Shown: piece by piece, positions 60,938 to 64,000 of the stretch
Numbering within the stretch: position 1 is the first letter of the stretch
Layout of the letters: every line of letters starts with the position of its first letter
Assembly (NCBI GenBank): GCA_035623825.1
Contig: DASPSR010000049.1
Coordinates: forward strand, 29,048-93,047
Length of the DNA: 64,000 nucleotides
DNA from: Nitrospirota bacterium
GTDB taxonomy: Bacteria > Nitrospirota > UBA9217
Direction of reading: 5' to 3'
Translations under genes and position numbers: made by a program
The notes under the pieces: generated by a model
Told to the model about the DNA's origin: nothing
Seen by the model: the letters and a program-made list of their open reading frames with translations, nothing else
Databases searched by the model: none

Positions 60938-61333
60938 TTATGCGGATCCCTTGCGCAGCACGATAAAATCGTGCACTTCGGCGAAAACATCAAACCAGAT
61001 TTCATCTGAGATAGTATCAATGGAAGCTCCCATAATATAAGAGCCATGGTCCTCGTAGCAGTATCTGACCTCAATGCCAAATGAGATATCCCGGGCAAGC
61101 AGCAAGGAAATCGATATGATGCACTCCGTATGCTCTCCCTGACCGAACGGCACCGGACACTCGAATAGAATTCCATTGCGGCTGAAGTTGCCTAGAATGG
61201 CCTGCACGAATTCGCCCCCGCTCTTAACCCGAAGCTTGATATACTTCTGGAAGTCATCGGGGACATCATAGCGTTTATCCCGCCTTTTTGGGGCGCTTTC
61301 TTCTCGAGATCCGACATCAGGTGAATCAGCCAT
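60938..61333 (-). CDS. Stand-alone PilZ-domain protein
   Basis: RRDKR (RxxxR) and NFSRNG (NxSxxG). Confidence 0.8.
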   Translation of the reverse strand: MADSPDVGSREESAPKRRDKRYDVPDDFQKYIKLRVKSGGEFVQAILGNFSRNGILFECPVPFGQGEHTECIISISLLLARDISFGIEVRYCYEDHGSYIMGASIDTISDEIWFDVFAEVHDFIVLRKGSA

Positions 61334-61725
61334 AGACCCTTCGCTTTCGTATCCCTGCTCACAGAGACAATCTACTTATATGTGACAGACTGAGATTTAA
61401 AGACCATAGCACGTATTACGCGGTACTCTGCGCCTTTTGGATGAGTTGGAGGTTGATCGTATTCGTATGGCTTCCATGAAGTCTTAGCGAGTCACAGTTC
61501 CATGGCAGCGATACAGTATGCCAACCCCCTCATGCAGAAATTCGATATCGATTGGCATTGATGCCATTCAGACAATTATTGAGAAGTGTATTCGGGACGC
61601 CTGCTAAACTCGGAGCTTGAACGGAATTATTTCGATACCTCGACCGTGACATAAAAGCGAACCGGTCATTCATGAAAATTGTGTTAGCCGGCAGAAAACA
61701 TCAGACGATGTGAAACAGACCCAAT

Positions 61726-62130
61726 TCAGTTTTGCGGCAAAAATCCGTTTAGCCTTGTAATGATCCGATCTGGATCTCGGACTGGTTCGAATGGTCTAAC
61801 TTGATCAATTTGATACCGAAGGTACTCTTCTTCAACCCGGGTAAGGGAAACGAATCGGATGCCGCACCGATACCGGCTTCCGATTTGATTGCACCATGTC
61901 AGCACGCCGCATTTTTGCCCGTTCACATGTTCCTTGAACCATACTACGCCAGGTCGTATCGGATGACCTGACTCGATACCGATACCTATTATGCTGCGAT
62001 TCACTATTCTGGTAAGATAGTCAGTCCGCACAAGATTGTCAAACGATATGATACCGAGGTAACAGTTTAGATCACTTGAAACGGGGTGCCATATAATCTC
62101 TTTTCTTTGATTGCGTCTTTTCTCATCCAT
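61726..62130 (-). CDS. PilZ-like protein
   Basis: EKRRNQR, NRSIIG, W......Y.CGIRF. Confidence 0.7.
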   Translation of the reverse strand: MDEKRRNQRKEIIWHPVSSDLNCYLGIISFDNLVRTDYLTRIVNRSIIGIGIESGHPIRPGVVWFKEHVNGQKCGVLTWCNQIGSRYRCGIRFVSLTRVEEEYLRYQIDQVRPFEPVRDPDRIITRLNGFLPQN

Positions 62131-62757
62131 AGCTGTTACCGCCTTTCAGACCAAAGTTGTGCTATCGGCGAATGTACCTTTATCCACAAGCTCTTTATGT
62201 TCAATGATGATGGGCTTATCGATGACAACTTGACCGCAGAGGGGATATTTAAATCATCGAGCAAACGTTTCCAATTAAATGCTTGTGCGCAAATATTACT
62301 GATACTTATGTCAAGTTCTCACAGTCGTTATTAGGGTCACGTACCTGTTTAAAAATACGTTCAAATCTGCATGGTACGCGGTAAAGCCAATAATAAGCCT
62401 ATACAGGAGAAGTTAGGAAAAGTAGTTATATTAAACATTATTTTTGTATTAAAGTCAATCCTATATGGATTTATGGATTGATTTTAGCGCGAATTAATGA
62501 TGGTACGCATTTCTGAAACTGATAATATTGCGGTATTGTGTTCTTATCATATTGATTTTGAAAGGCAATTTAATGTTCAAGATTCGAAGCAACCACAGAT
62601 GACCACGGTGGTCATATATGTGCGGAATGGATTGTTATGTATCTGGATGATGCTTTTGACTCGGGCGACTGGACGGTTTGAATCAGAAGGCAGGCTGTCA
62701 GCGTGAGCCTGTATGTGTCAGGATCCTGATGCAAAAAATGCACAAATGGGGCCGGGT

Positions 62758-63237
62758 CTAACGATAGTTTTTTAATATCTTCTCAATGATCCCTGACGTT
62801 GATACCCCTTCAATATAACCCACGCTAACTACTCTACCGCCCCGCGCTTCGACAATATCGCGGCCGATGATTTTATCGACAGGCCAGTCGCCCCCTTTTA
62901 CAAGCACATCGGGCTGAAGCTCAGAGATGATCGAATACGGATCATGCTCTTCGAATAGAGTGACAAAATCCACAGATTGGAGCGCAGCGAGAGTTTCCAT
63001 TCGAGCCGACTCGTCATTTATCGGCCGATTTTCGCCCTTTATCGTGCGCACGGATGAATCACTGTTTACTGCAACGACCAGGATATCGCCCAAGGACTTG
63101 GCCTTGGCAAGGTAGCGTGTGTGTCCAGTGTGGATCAGGTCAAAACAGCCGTTAGTAAAAACAATCTTCTTGCCAGTCGCCCGGAGGATTCCGAGGAGAG
63201 GACGGAGTTCCTTGACCGTTTTAATCTTATCGTGCAT
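62758..63237 (-). CDS. rfaE2: D-glycero-beta-D-manno-heptose 1-phosphate adenylyltransferase
   Basis: VFTNGCFDLIHTGH, NSD.SV..IKG..RP, LVKGGDW. Confidence 0.93.
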   Translation of the reverse strand: MHDKIKTVKELRPLLGILRATGKKIVFTNGCFDLIHTGHTRYLAKAKSLGDILVVAVNSDSSVRTIKGENRPINDESARMETLAALQSVDFVTLFEEHDPYSIISELQPDVLVKGGDWPVDKIIGRDIVEARGGRVVSVGYIEGVSTSGIIEKILKNYR

Positions 63238-63442
63238 GCAAAAATATAATATAAAAAAGGGATGAAAGCAAGCAGTGTTTAGAGTCTGAACTGAACAAAA
63301 TATCATAACCTTGGGTAGTAATGCGGTTAAAAGTGACGGAAATCACAGATTAAATTACAAGAATCGCGTAAGCTTTGATAGAAGCTGCGGTTTTCGCCCG
63401 ATCATTTACAGGATTCGATCGATCAACGATTTATTGTTTCTA

Positions 63443-63549
63443 CTCCGCTCGGAGCAAACTGGAAAACTCCGGGACGCAGGGCAAGGGGACTAATGGCCAC
63501 CGAGTTCATAGTAAGCCGAGCCGTCAGAGAACATTCCTGGCGGCTTTGT
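63443..63549 (+). promoter_or_regulatory. Variant c-di-GMP-I (GEMM-I)-like riboswitch with overlapping terminator-like hairpin
   Basis: GCAAAC-hairpin-GGACGC P2 core, GGGGACTAA...TAGTAAGCC P3; hairpin GAGCCGTCAG/CTGGCGGCTT overlaps the 3' strand; lies in the 5' UTR of the next ORF. Confidence 0.55.
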
Positions 63550-63612
63550 AGGTCGTGACATCGCCGGAGCGAGCATCACGATTTCTGCATTTACTATTAG
63601 GAGGGCAATGCC

Positions 63613-64000
63613 GTGAAACTTACAAATTATTCTAAAAAAGCAGAAGTCTATGCTATTTCAGCAGTTCTCTTGACATTCCTTTACTTCTTCTTAAGGTTAG
63701 AGATCATGATATTTTCTTCTCCAGTGGAGATACTTTTTTCTTCGGCAACAACACCAAAAGTGGGATCAGACAATCAGTCGGCTATAAAATCAGAAATCAT
63801 GCCAATTACGAAGTCATCTGTAAATAAGGCTGCTGTATTGGCAAATTCACTCAGAGGAAGGTCAAACGCCAAACCAGTGATAAATTCAGACACAAGGCCA
63901 CAGGCAAAGTCAGCCTTTAAGCCATCGGCAGGACCGGACAACGCGCTGACGGCGGGATCAGGGAAGGCGCCATCGGCAGGACCGGACAACGCGCTGACGG
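63613..64000 (+). CDS. Membrane-anchored Ser/Ala/Pro/Lys-rich protein with 16-aa repeats (3' truncated; not in the ORF track)
   Basis: AGGAGGG RBS 7 nt before GTG; frame open to the window end: MKLTNYSKKAEVYAISAVLLTFLYFFL...PSAGPDNALTAGSGKA-PSAGPDNALT. Confidence 0.7.
   Translation, partial: MKLTNYSKKAEVYAISAVLLTFLYFFLRLEIMIFSSPVEILFSSATTPKVGSDNQSAIKSEIMPITKSSVNKAAVLANSLRGRSNAKPVINSDTRPQAKSAFKPSAGPDNALTAGSGKAPSAGPDNALT
63921..64000 (+). repeat. 48-bp in-frame tandem repeat (second copy cut by the window edge)
   Basis: GCCATCGGCAGGACCGGACAACGCGCTGACGG is identical at 63921 and 63969. Confidence 0.9.

Noticed and set aside
62086-62706. Short plus-strand ORFs in the AT-rich tract
   Set aside because: No RBS, atypical composition and no motifs; more likely regulatory DNA.
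63921-64000. 32-bp direct repeat with a 16-bp gap as a possible CRISPR start
   Set aside because: The period is 48 bp (a multiple of 3) inside an open frame, the gap is too short for a spacer, and no cas genes are present.

Overview
A gene-dense, mostly + strand bacterial chromosomal segment. Gene order (rapZ-mannose-family PTS-ptsH-ptsI; pdxJ-acpS-nnr-CBS-tsaE; rplI-dnaB) suggests a diderm Nitrospirota/Desulfobacterota-like organism; this is inference, not a database result. Housekeeping genes (alr, galU, lon, thiL, folD, nadK, udg, mutS, hisS, pgm, eno, rfaE2) are interspersed with: two MlaEFD/MCE transporter loci, a GT2-DUF2304-GT-C glycosylation cluster, a patatin-GDPD-glpD lipid catabolism run, a type IV minor pilin/PilY1 operon, a sigma-less partner-switching module and two PilZ genes. 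I saw no rRNA, tRNA, CRISPR array, integrase or transposase. Best leads: (1) a c-di-GMP-I (GEMM-I)-like leader at about 63443-63549 whose ligand-contact positions read A20 and U92; (2) an unannotated structured RNA of about 250 nt (48798-49045) with its own promoter and terminator; (3) a phosphatase/kinase/STAS module directly upstream of a second mlaEFD; (4) a small secreted protein resembling a free copy of the PilY1 vWA insert; (5) enzymes with altered catalytic residues (CobD-like K to E, FolD lacking the cyclohydrolase K/Q); (6) several probable leaderless genes and a probable CTG start. All protein calls come from motif recognition by eye, and RNA structures were paired by hand.
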